Virus record (IMG/VR): IMGVR_UViG_3300043410_002441
Span: 1-56,918 of that record
Strand: one strand, 5' to 3'
From: a virus
Taxonomy: Duplodnaviria > Caudoviricetes
Length of the DNA stretch: 56,918 nt
Below are positions 10,061-18,807 of this stretch, piece by piece (position 1 is the stretch's first letter; the number at the start of each line of letters is the position of its first letter). The notes under the pieces were generated by a model. That model did not search any database and was not told the DNA's origin. It saw nothing but the letters and a program-made list of their open reading frames with translations. Both the position numbers and the translations under genes were made by a program.

Positions 10061-10145
10061 ATTCCGCTATAAGCGGTGTTTTAGGACCGTTCCAGTTATG
10101 GGACAAAAAAAAGCCAGGATTCGCTACCCTGGCTTTACTTTTTTA
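10061..10145 (+). ncRNA. Candidate structured RNA/3'-UTR with bipartite complementarity to 23S rRNA H69-H70
   Basis: Three hairpins. TTAGGACCGTTccAGTTAtGG (10081-10101) and TTCGCTACC (10120-10128) are the reverse complement of 23S CCGTAACTATAACGGTCCTAA and GGTAGCGAA. Confidence 0.5.
10105..10144. terminator. Bidirectional intrinsic terminator between convergent genes
   Basis: AAAGCCAGG/CCTGGCTTT stem with A8 before and a T-rich tract after. Confidence 0.85.
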
Positions 10146-10160
10146 TGGTAAATTTAAAAA

Positions 10161-10874
10161 TTATTCGAAACTTTTCTTTAAATCAATTACATCATCAATA
10201 ATTTCTAATGAAGGTTTTTGATTTTTCATCTCATTTAGTTTGGATCTAACTTCCAATAATTTCTTAACGACAATTATATCATCAGACTCATTAATTGTTT
10301 TTTCAACCATATTTTGAGCACTTTCAATTAAATTTGAATAATATGTGTTAATCGCAGATTCATCATTTTCAGCAAATAAGTTTAAAACTTTTACTTGCTC
10401 TTCATTCAATTTTGATATCTTATCGGTTAAGCTTTCGTTGATCTTATCAATTGATTCCTTTAGGTTAGCTTCACTGTTTAAATCTCTCGTTAAATATTTA
10501 ACTAAATTTGTTTTATGCTTAACTTTTTCAATCAAAGACAATTTTTTATTAAAAACAAGAGCGTCAATACTTTCATTAATAGTATTATCAATTGCTATAA
10601 TATTTTCAGTTAGATTTCTTAAAGGTTCAATTTTTGTTAAATCAAAAGATTTTAAGTGGGTGATTGATTCTTCAACAAATTCTTTTGCTATATCTTCATT
10701 TTCAAATCGCATTGTATTTAACAAATTATAAACCTCGTTAAATTCTCTTAATACATTATTTTCTTTTAAAACTTTCACGTATTTAGCGAAAGATTTTTTA
10801 AAATCTTTTTCACCTTTTTCTTGGTAGGTTTTTTCTAGATCCGAAAGGATGCTTTCTTTTAATTGTCCAAACAT
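10161..10874 (-). CDS. Hypothetical head-assembly/core protein
   Basis: Helical, with many [ILV]xE sites; downstream of portal and preceded by the late motif. Confidence 0.6.
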   Translation of the reverse strand: MFGQLKESILSDLEKTYQEKGEKDFKKSFAKYVKVLKENNVLREFNEVYNLLNTMRFENEDIAKEFVEESITHLKSFDLTKIEPLRNLTENIIAIDNTINESIDALVFNKKLSLIEKVKHKTNLVKYLTRDLNSEANLKESIDKINESLTDKISKLNEEQVKVLNLFAENDESAINTYYSNLIESAQNMVEKTINESDDIIVVKKLLEVRSKLNEMKNQKPSLEIIDDVIDLKKSFE

Positions 10875-10913
10875 TTGTCTATTATTTTAATATAAATATC
10901 ATTTATTTTTTTA

Positions 10914-12767
10914 TTATACTAATAAATCGTCAATTTCGTCAATAGTTTTTTTAAGAGCTTCGTTGATTAATTTATTTTTAGCCTCTAATTTTCTTTTAGT
11001 GATTTCAGCTAAAGGTTCTTCAGCACCAGGTAATTCGGTACCACCAGCTTCTGGTGCTGGTGCTCCAGCCTCTGCCCCTGGAACTTCAAGAGGTGTTGTA
11101 AAATCTGTTCCACCAGCCAATTCTTCACCACCAGCTTCTGGTGCTGGTGCTTCAGCACCGCCACCACCGCCAACAGAACCACCAAACCCACTAGGGGTTT
11201 CTGTTCCACCAGCAGCTCCACCAAGTGTCATATTATTTGGGTCAATCTTATAGATTTTATAGATGTCTCTGAATATACCAGTTTGTTTAATAGTTTCACC
11301 AAGGGCTTTAATTTCTTCACCGCCAGCTTTTTCAACAGCTTGTCTTTGAATATCAAGTTTGATTTCGTCATCACTCATATTCAAGATTTCTTTTTTAGCA
11401 TATGTCATAGACATTGCACCAAATCCGTTACCAGCGTCAGAAACCGCATCACGATATAACGTAACTTTTTCCTTCCAGTTTTGGATTTTAAGCATTTCAG
11501 CTTGAGTTGATGGGCTTGTTAGTGTTAATGTAAAGTTTTCTAGATCATCTGTAAACCCTTTAGTGTATAAATGGATAATAGCCATTTTATTTAACTCCTG
11601 TATAAGAGCTTTTTGTACTCTATGTACAGCTCTAGCAAAACGAACATCAAGTATTGCTAAATTTTTACCATCACCAGTTGTTTCTTCAAAACCAATAAAA
11701 GCTTTTGGCACTCTAAGTGCCGCTAGCATTTTCTTTTGGATGTATTCAATGTCGGCAATCTCCGATAGATTTTGAGCCCCAGGAAGCGTTTCAATTGGCA
11801 TTGCAAGGCTTGGGTCTCTAACTGGGATAAAATAGTCCTGATCGACAGCTAATGCGTTATAGCGGGTATCTTGTTGACCGTTGTTTTTATCAACCATGTT
11901 AACTCTTTTAAAGTTATTGGCGATTTTATCAACATAAGCATCAACATCCTTATCATCCATGTTACCAACAAAAATTTTATATACACGTCTTTCTGGTGCT
12001 CTGGTTGTACGATAAACCAACATCGCGTCTTCAGATAATAAAAGTTGTTTCCAGATTCTTCTTACTTTTTCCAACATAGATGTGCCATAAGGTAATCTTC
12101 TATCATCACCAAGTAATCTAAAGTGAGAAACTTCAAATGAATTAAATTCAACGTTTTTATCTTTCCAGAAGAATTTAATATTTTTTTCTTTTTGTTGATC
12201 GTCTAAACTAGTCACTTTTGAAAAGCCTGGTTCAGATCTAGTCATTTCAATGTTAGGTAACTGGGTTACACCAACAATACCTTGATTAGGTACGATCTTA
12301 TTGTAAACAAAATTATCACCGTATTTACAAACGTTTCTAGCCCAAGAAGTTAAATTGGCGTTTATATCTAAAATATTTTCAAATAAATCGGTTAATTCAT
12401 TTTTAATTCTAGAACTATCAGAATAAATTGTTAAAACTTTACCGTTTTCATTTGCCGTTGTCGCTTCTTCAGCAAAAATATCCAGTGCAACAGAAATTTC
12501 TGGTGTATATTCCATAGCTTCATAATCATAATATGAAGCAATCCTTGTTGGTTCGTAATAAACAGCTTTTTGATAAAGTTCATTATCAATTTTTTTCCAC
12601 TGGTTTTGTAAATAAAGCGTTTGTTGCGCCTCTAATTTTTTTTGTTCCAAATCATCACCACTTAATCCGTTAAATGAATTAGGATCGATGACATATTTAG
12701 GTCCATCGACTTCATTGCCGAGAACTTTATTTAATCTTTGGAATATTGTTAATCCATTATTTGCCAT
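10914..12767 (-). CDS. gp20: Portal protein, T4 gp20-like
   Basis: EDAMLVYRTTRAPERRVYKIFVGNM, DYFIPVR, IETLPGAQNL, ALRVPK. Confidence 0.95.
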   Translation of the reverse strand: MANNGLTIFQRLNKVLGNEVDGPKYVIDPNSFNGLSGDDLEQKKLEAQQTLYLQNQWKKIDNELYQKAVYYEPTRIASYYDYEAMEYTPEISVALDIFAEEATTANENGKVLTIYSDSSRIKNELTDLFENILDINANLTSWARNVCKYGDNFVYNKIVPNQGIVGVTQLPNIEMTRSEPGFSKVTSLDDQQKEKNIKFFWKDKNVEFNSFEVSHFRLLGDDRRLPYGTSMLEKVRRIWKQLLLSEDAMLVYRTTRAPERRVYKIFVGNMDDKDVDAYVDKIANNFKRVNMVDKNNGQQDTRYNALAVDQDYFIPVRDPSLAMPIETLPGAQNLSEIADIEYIQKKMLAALRVPKAFIGFEETTGDGKNLAILDVRFARAVHRVQKALIQELNKMAIIHLYTKGFTDDLENFTLTLTSPSTQAEMLKIQNWKEKVTLYRDAVSDAGNGFGAMSMTYAKKEILNMSDDEIKLDIQRQAVEKAGGEEIKALGETIKQTGIFRDIYKIYKIDPNNMTLGGAAGGTETPSGFGGSVGGGGGAEAPAPEAGGEELAGGTDFTTPLEVPGAEAGAPAPEAGGTELPGAEEPLAEITKRKLEAKNKLINEALKKTIDEIDDLLV

Positions 12768-12773
12768 ATATTT

Positions 12774-13013
12774 TTAATTTACGTATTCACAATCTACATA
12801 TGGTGGATATTGATAGTTTTCAATAGCCTCAACCCATTCTTTTTTTTGCACATAAGTTGTTGTACCATCAGATTCTGGTGAGCATTTAATTGCATCAACA
12901 TTTCTTTGCAAAGCCCTACCATCTTTTTTATCTAAATTTTTTGGGTCAGCTGTTCTAACTATTGAAACTGAACCTGGTCCTGTAGTTCTACCTTGTTTAA
13001 TTATTGTTGCCAT
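12774..13013 (-). CDS. Hypothetical protein
   Basis: 79-aa ORF fitted tightly between terminase and portal. Confidence 0.65.
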   Translation of the reverse strand: MATIIKQGRTTGPGSVSIVRTADPKNLDKKDGRALQRNVDAIKCSPESDGTTTYVQKKEWVEAIENYQYPPYVDCEYVN

Positions 13014-13040
13014 TTTTTTTTTAATATTTTGTTGTTTTGT

Positions 13041-14834
13041 TTATTTTTTTACATTTGCACCAAATAACCAAGCAAATTCTCTTGTGTTATAAATTGTGTT
13101 ATTTACTATATCTTCATCCTTTTTATAACTTTTATTTGGATCTGGTGAGCTTACTATACTTTCTAATAAATAGTTTGATTCTGTCTTTGTTGTATTATTA
13201 ACAATTTTCCAGCTATCTAACATAGCCTTTGTCATGTTATCAGATTCTTGTAATCTTTTAAAAGACGTATTTGCGACAAATAAACACATACCAAGAGCCA
13301 TGATAAGGTCATCATGTGAACCTTTCATATGATCTGGCTTACCATTTTTATAGACGAATTTTTTTAATTCAGCTGTCAATCTTTCACTACGTATTTTAAA
13401 CCCACCTCTAGATACCGCCTCTTCTAAAGCGGCTACGATTTGACTTCTTCTATTTCTTGATGCAAAATTAATACCAGGTATTGCATTTTCATCTGGCATA
13501 AAATACATGTTATTATTGTCATCATTATCATAATGCAATAATTTTTTGGGGTAATTAAGTTCTTTTAATTTTTGTGTTGATGCAATACCCATACCACCTG
13601 TGATATCAAATGTTGATAGGGCATCATACATTCTACCGTATTGATCTACTATTAAAGCAGCAACATCTGGTGGAACTTTACCATGATATTCTAATACCTG
13701 TTCAAACGTATCATAATCAATAATACACATACCAGTAGCATCTTCGGAGTCACCGCGAGACACATCAAGTGCTAGGATATATCTATGTCCCTTTTGTGGT
13801 AATTGCCATATCCATAGATTGCTATCCCAGGCTTTATCTTTAACTTCTGGGTCCCTAACGTTTTCTTGTTCTTGTTTTCTAATAACCTCACCCTCAATAA
13901 CGTTATCACCCGAACCAATAAACGCACATTCTAACTCCTGGTTGATCATTCGTTTATTAAAGTTCATGTCCCTACACATATTTTCATACCATGTAGAATG
14001 TGGTTTATAACCATCGTTTATAAATTTGGTTATAACATCTGGGTGTAAATCAATAACGGCTTCAATAACTTCTTCATATTTTTCAGTAGCTGGTTTTTGA
14101 ATCCAATCAACAATATCTTTAGTTTTAATTAAACGTAAATCTTTATTAAATCGAGGATCTTGCCACCATTTCAAGTGAGTGACACAGAAACTATTTTCAC
14201 CTTTAATCGCACCTTCATATGAAGCGTAATAAATTGGATCCAAGCCGTTAGGTGTGGAAATTAATACGGCTTTACCACCAGTACCAATTGAAGCCAAACA
14301 CGCTGTCCATAATTCCTGACCACCCTCAACGAAGGCCGCCTCATCAATTAATAATACTGTAGGTGTATAACCACGCAAGGCATCTTGAGACGTTGCAACG
14401 GCTTTAATTTCCGAACCGTTAGATAATCTAACGTGTTTTTGTGATGATTTATCAAATGAAACATTTACCCAATCAGGTAATTGCTTAATAAAATTAATGA
14501 TTTTGTTTTGGAACTCAATTGCCGTCTCCTGTTTGTTAGCTAGAATCAAAACCTTTTCAGGCCTATCAGGGCTAGCAAACGCTGTCAATACAGCTGAATA
14601 AGCTGCTGTTACTGTAGAAATACCAGCCTGACGGTATTTTAGTACTAAATTAAATCTATGTTTTCTATAATTAGAAACAAGTGTTTTTTGCCCATCAAAA
14701 AGCTCAAAAGGGACATAACCCTCTCTAGTTTTATCAAAGGTTTCAAAATAACTTTCTATGACATAACAAGGATCCTGAGAGCATCTTGCGAACTCTAAAA
14801 GTAATTCTTTTTTATCTGTAATTTGTTTTGCCAA
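13041..14834 (-). CDS. gp17: Terminase large subunit, T4 gp17-like
   Basis: KYRQAGIST Walker A, LLIDEAAF Walker B, ISTPNG, QELECAF, DVSRG and HDDLIMA nuclease motifs; TTG start. Confidence 0.95.
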   Translation of the reverse strand: MAKQITDKKELLLEFARCSQDPCYVIESYFETFDKTREGYVPFELFDGQKTLVSNYRKHRFNLVLKYRQAGISTVTAAYSAVLTAFASPDRPEKVLILANKQETAIEFQNKIINFIKQLPDWVNVSFDKSSQKHVRLSNGSEIKAVATSQDALRGYTPTVLLIDEAAFVEGGQELWTACLASIGTGGKAVLISTPNGLDPIYYASYEGAIKGENSFCVTHLKWWQDPRFNKDLRLIKTKDIVDWIQKPATEKYEEVIEAVIDLHPDVITKFINDGYKPHSTWYENMCRDMNFNKRMINQELECAFIGSGDNVIEGEVIRKQEQENVRDPEVKDKAWDSNLWIWQLPQKGHRYILALDVSRGDSEDATGMCIIDYDTFEQVLEYHGKVPPDVAALIVDQYGRMYDALSTFDITGGMGIASTQKLKELNYPKKLLHYDNDDNNNMYFMPDENAIPGINFASRNRRSQIVAALEEAVSRGGFKIRSERLTAELKKFVYKNGKPDHMKGSHDDLIMALGMCLFVANTSFKRLQESDNMTKAMLDSWKIVNNTTKTESNYLLESIVSSPDPNKSYKKDEDIVNNTIYNTREFAWLFGANVKK

Positions 14835-14862
14835 GGCCTATTGTTTCCATATAAATAGTTTA

Positions 14863-15999
14863 TTATAGTCCTAAATCGCTCAAACTAAGATTATCAAGGT
14901 CATCTTTAATGAAATTATATTCCATTATTCTCATTCTTATCTCTTTGATAATATTTTTTATTTCTTTTTCAGCGTAATCAGGTCGATGTTCTAACAATGA
15001 CATAAAATTAATAAATTCTTCAGCATCTTTTTTGAAAAGATCTATAATAATTAATTTTTTAATATCATAATCATCCTCATCAATTAAAGCGTGAAAATTA
15101 GCCCATAAAACAGGGAATAAACGTATATCCCATAATTCAGCAATGATTGTATCGGTATACTCTATTAATTTATCACTATCTTCCTCTGGTAAACCAGGTA
15201 CTGATAATAATGAAATAATACCTTTTATCATTTCATGGATTAATATCGGCAAATTAATCGCTTTTGCTATAATTTTAGGTGTTTCTCCGCTAAAGTCAAG
15301 CTTAACCCACCCAGCATTATTTGAATCATCAGATTCAATTTGCTGTTGGAACATTTCATCACTAATCAAATAATAAAATAAATCATTTGCTATTAAAGCT
15401 TTTTGATAATAACTGGTTACATCTGGTATAATTTCTTCAATCTCAGTACGATATAGGTGAAATAGATAGTGACCTCTTAACGCAGCTCCTTGGGCAAAAG
15501 CGTTAACAGTTCTTCTTTTAACGATTTCATCTTCCATTTCATTCTCCAGCTCTTCCTTTTCCTCTTCATTTAAAGGTGTTTGCATATTAGTTTCAGGCGG
15601 TAGTGAAATTGTACCTGGTTCTAATATTTCTAAATCAAAAATAACTTCATCTTTATTAAGATACCATTCCTCTCTAATAATTTTTTCGGCTAAAACACAA
15701 AGTTCTTTTCTTTTACCCGATTCTTTTTGGACAGCAATAAAATTAGCTGAACCAGCGCACATCATAACTTCCATTGGATTTAATTGTGATTTATCCAAAC
15801 CAAATGTACCGCAATATGAATCAACCAATTCTTTATAGCGTTCAGATGCTATATGTTCTTCACGCCAGGTTTCTGGGTGTGTTGATTGGTCGTAGTATGG
15901 CATTTTAGCCAATGGGTGTGATCTTTCTGATAGTTTTTTAACTATAGAGTTAGCGATGAAGTTTGGGTAATCACCCAATTGTAATCCAGATTTTCTCAT
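14863..15999 (-). CDS. Hypothetical phage protein
   Basis: 378-aa ORF with an LIHEMIKG segment, preceded by a host-type promoter. Confidence 0.75.
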   Translation of the reverse strand: MRKSGLQLGDYPNFIANSIVKKLSERSHPLAKMPYYDQSTHPETWREEHIASERYKELVDSYCGTFGLDKSQLNPMEVMMCAGSANFIAVQKESGKRKELCVLAEKIIREEWYLNKDEVIFDLEILEPGTISLPPETNMQTPLNEEEKEELENEMEDEIVKRRTVNAFAQGAALRGHYLFHLYRTEIEEIIPDVTSYYQKALIANDLFYYLISDEMFQQQIESDDSNNAGWVKLDFSGETPKIIAKAINLPILIHEMIKGIISLLSVPGLPEEDSDKLIEYTDTIIAELWDIRLFPVLWANFHALIDEDDYDIKKLIIIDLFKKDAEEFINFMSLLEHRPDYAEKEIKNIIKEIRMRIMEYNFIKDDLDNLSLSDLGL

Positions 16000-16030
16000 A
16001 AAAAAAATGCCTTGTTTATTATTAACAAGG

Positions 16031-16062
16031 CAAATGTAAGTAAAATTTTTTAAATAACCAAA
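16031..16062 (-). promoter_or_regulatory. Bacteroidota-type primary sigma promoter
   Basis: TTTG-N20-TACATTTG on the minus strand. Confidence 0.65.
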
Positions 16063-16065
16063 TTT

Positions 16066-16197
16066 TTAAGCCTTTGGTTTAGGATTTGTTTTTGGTTTAG
16101 GGATATCAATCTTTGATGGATCCTTAACTGGGCTTGGTGTTTTAACGGGTGTTTCAACAGGTGTTTCTGTTGGTGACGACCATTGATTGTTTCTCAT
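16066..16197 (-). CDS. 43-aa Pro/Thr/Lys-rich peptide
   Basis: Below the ORF-track cutoff: MRNNQWSSPTETPVETPVKTPSPVKDPSKIDIPKPKTNPKPKA; starts 1 nt after the upstream stop. Confidence 0.6.
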   Translation of the reverse strand: MRNNQWSSPTETPVETPVKTPSPVKDPSKIDIPKPKTNPKPKA

Positions 16198-16198
16198 A

Positions 16199-17014
16199 TT
16201 ATTTTATATTTTTGCGTTGTTTAACAAATTCCAAAATGTCCAATTTTGTCAATTTTGGCTTTTCTGATTCTGCAATAATACTAAATGTTTTTGAATTAAC
16301 CAAATTTTCGTTTAAAGAATCCAATAAACTTCTTAAAATACTGTAAGCCTCTTTCTCTTTATTAGCTTTTAATAAGTCAACAACTTTTTGAATATTGTTA
16401 CGAACAAAAGCATTTCTAATCTGACCTAAAAATTCTTGGTACTCGGCATCATTCATTCTACTAACAACAGTATTTCTTTTTTCCTCGGGTTCTTTTTTCT
16501 CCGCTGGGAATAAACTCATTTGTTTTGTGTCAGCAACATTAACAATCTTGAAATGACCTTCATTTTCCAAAGCATTTTTAGCGTCCTCAAAAGTTTTAAT
16601 CTCTTCAGTATCATTATCAGCCATGTCATAATGAAAAACGGTGTTTGCATAATCAATTACATCACTTTCGGACGCATTTGCTTTAACTGTATCACCAGAT
16701 TCATCATTAATGTTATATCTATCAGATTTAATCTGTGGTCTATTTCTTTCATTCCACGGTAAATCATAGTAAGTGTAGCCAATAACTTTATAAAATAATT
16801 CATCAATGGTATCTTTCATAGTCCATTCATTTGCTGATTCAGTTTGAACATTTTGTTGATTACCAGCTATGTCGTTAACTTCTTTTGTTTTATTAACAAG
16901 TTGTTGTAACGTGTTTTTAGCGTTATCTAAAGTTTGCATCATTTTAGGGCCAGCTTCTGGGTTAGTTATTAACTCAGCAGCCATTTGATCATTGTTTGTT
17001 TCCGTATTTTCCAT
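16199..17014 (-). CDS. Hypothetical (probable virion) protein
   Basis: 271-aa ORF coupled to the upstream gene; LNE/IAE sites near the C-terminus. Confidence 0.7.
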   Translation of the reverse strand: MENTETNNDQMAAELITNPEAGPKMMQTLDNAKNTLQQLVNKTKEVNDIAGNQQNVQTESANEWTMKDTIDELFYKVIGYTYYDLPWNERNRPQIKSDRYNINDESGDTVKANASESDVIDYANTVFHYDMADNDTEEIKTFEDAKNALENEGHFKIVNVADTKQMSLFPAEKKEPEEKRNTVVSRMNDAEYQEFLGQIRNAFVRNNIQKVVDLLKANKEKEAYSILRSLLDSLNENLVNSKTFSIIAESEKPKLTKLDILEFVKQRKNIK

Positions 17015-17418
17015 TAGAATTTTTCTATTTCTTCTTTATTTATTATTGTTAATAGTTTATCGCGACTATAAATTTTTTCTTTAACCGAATCAATTGGTTC
17101 GCCATACCTAAACACAAGTCTATCCTCAATTTCTGGTGATTCGGATTCCCAACCAAGAGCTATAATACCCTCAACACAATCATACATTGAAAATGTATCT
17201 GAATCCATAACCAAAGTTAATTCAATATCATCAGATTTCAATATACCAATTGATTCAATTTGACGAACACTTGGTGGTGTTGGTGATCCGCTAGATGCTG
17301 GTTGAACATCCCAGTCATCACCATATTCAATATTATCTAAACGTTTTGCAAAGATAAATTCGTAGGTGTATTGACCTTTAAAATTTTTATTAAGTGGGTT
17401 TATATAAATTAAATACAT
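17014..17418 (-). CDS. Hypothetical phage protein
   Basis: 134-aa ORF in the late operon. Confidence 0.7.
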   Translation of the reverse strand: MYLIYINPLNKNFKGQYTYEFIFAKRLDNIEYGDDWDVQPASSGSPTPPSVRQIESIGILKSDDIELTLVMDSDTFSMYDCVEGIIALGWESESPEIEDRLVFRYGEPIDSVKEKIYSRDKLLTIINKEEIEKF

Positions 17419-17420
17419 AA

Positions 17421-18794
17421 TTAAGCTTTATTTACAACGTCAAAATGTAACTCATCACTGTGTAATGTTACTTCACCGTTAGTTTCTATTTTAATATCAA
17501 CATAATATCTTTGTGGGACCATCCAAGTTGTATCGATTGTAAAATAGTTATTATTTAACGCTTTGTTTACTGGTTGCCAGTCAAAAATATCAATAACCGC
17601 TGGTCCTTGTTTAACGTATAATTTATAATAAACACTATTGCTTACGTAATATTCTGAAACGGTGTATGGTTTTCTTAATAAAACATTCACCCTTCTTTGT
17701 TCACCTTGTTGTAAACCTTCACCAACTTTAATACCGCTTAAAGATAAACCATATCTGGTATCATCCATTGCATCAATATTAAAATTATAATACTTATCCG
17801 CGTCAATAGGTACAAATCTTAATTTAACATCTGGTCTAGGATTACCACCATAATATATATCACCCCATATATCGTTATATTCGGTGTAACTAGTAAACAC
17901 AGATTCATCACCATCAACCTCAACGTAATAAACACCCTTTGTTTTTTGATAAACCGTGTAATTTACGTTATTAATGGTACATGTTGGTAATGTGTCAAGA
18001 TTCTCCAGTTTACCGTTTATAACAGAATAAAAGAATAATTTATTTTGTTTACCTAAATAGAATGTAACCCTTTCATCATCAATATGATCATCATAAACCG
18101 TCTCAATAAACGGTTCAAAAAATGTTTGTGTGTGTCTTGTAAATAAACCAAGTGCAAAAAGCCTATTATCTGGAAAAGTTAAACCTTCAATTGCTGGCGT
18201 ATATTTTAAACAAAACCCTTCATATGAACCATTATTTGGTGATGCTAGTATTAAATTAACAAAACCCGTAATATCCATTTCAATATCCTCATTACCCCAT
18301 GAAAGGTGTTGAGTTGCTATTGGGGTAGCCCCATTTGATACAACCCCAGACGTATTAAAATTTGTCACATTTGTTGACTGGAACCAATTTGATGGGCCAG
18401 CAACATAATCAATGTTTTGTGGAAAAGTTTTAATTCCAGTAACAAAATCATAACCATTACCCTCATCCCATAATTCATTAACAGGGTGTAATTCAAGGTC
18501 AATTGATGTTGGTCTATAACTATCACCAAACATTAAATTATTATTTACACTTAAAACATCTTTAATATCAAAACTATTTGTGTTTTTGATTTTTAATATG
18601 TGTCTTACGTTACCATTTAAATTTATTACACCAGAATTAACAAGATCTCTAATTTCATCAAATGAACAATAAAACAGAAACCTGCTTGTTTTTTTACCAA
18701 AATACATTTCAGATACCTGGTTTCTACCCGTATTAACATAGTCACCATTGACTATAGTATTATTTTTATCAAAATATGTTCTGTATATGCCCAT
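17421..18794 (-). CDS. Putative virion structural protein (beta-rich)
   Basis: 457 aa, aromatic/beta-rich, WDEGNGYD motif, late motif immediately upstream. Confidence 0.6.
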   Translation of the reverse strand: MGIYRTYFDKNNTIVNGDYVNTGRNQVSEMYFGKKTSRFLFYCSFDEIRDLVNSGVINLNGNVRHILKIKNTNSFDIKDVLSVNNNLMFGDSYRPTSIDLELHPVNELWDEGNGYDFVTGIKTFPQNIDYVAGPSNWFQSTNVTNFNTSGVVSNGATPIATQHLSWGNEDIEMDITGFVNLILASPNNGSYEGFCLKYTPAIEGLTFPDNRLFALGLFTRHTQTFFEPFIETVYDDHIDDERVTFYLGKQNKLFFYSVINGKLENLDTLPTCTINNVNYTVYQKTKGVYYVEVDGDESVFTSYTEYNDIWGDIYYGGNPRPDVKLRFVPIDADKYYNFNIDAMDDTRYGLSLSGIKVGEGLQQGEQRRVNVLLRKPYTVSEYYVSNSVYYKLYVKQGPAVIDIFDWQPVNKALNNNYFTIDTTWMVPQRYYVDIKIETNGEVTLHSDELHFDVVNKA

Positions 18795-18807
18795 AGTAAT
18801 AAATATT

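Noticed and set aside
10061-10145. rRNA gene fragment, tRNA or known ribozyme
   Set aside because: Only two short segments in swapped order match 23S; no cloverleaf or hammerhead core is recognisable.
14812-14850. 12-aa uORF overlapping the terminase TTG start
   Set aside because: Its ATG abuts the late-promoter motif, so it is probably upstream of the transcription start.
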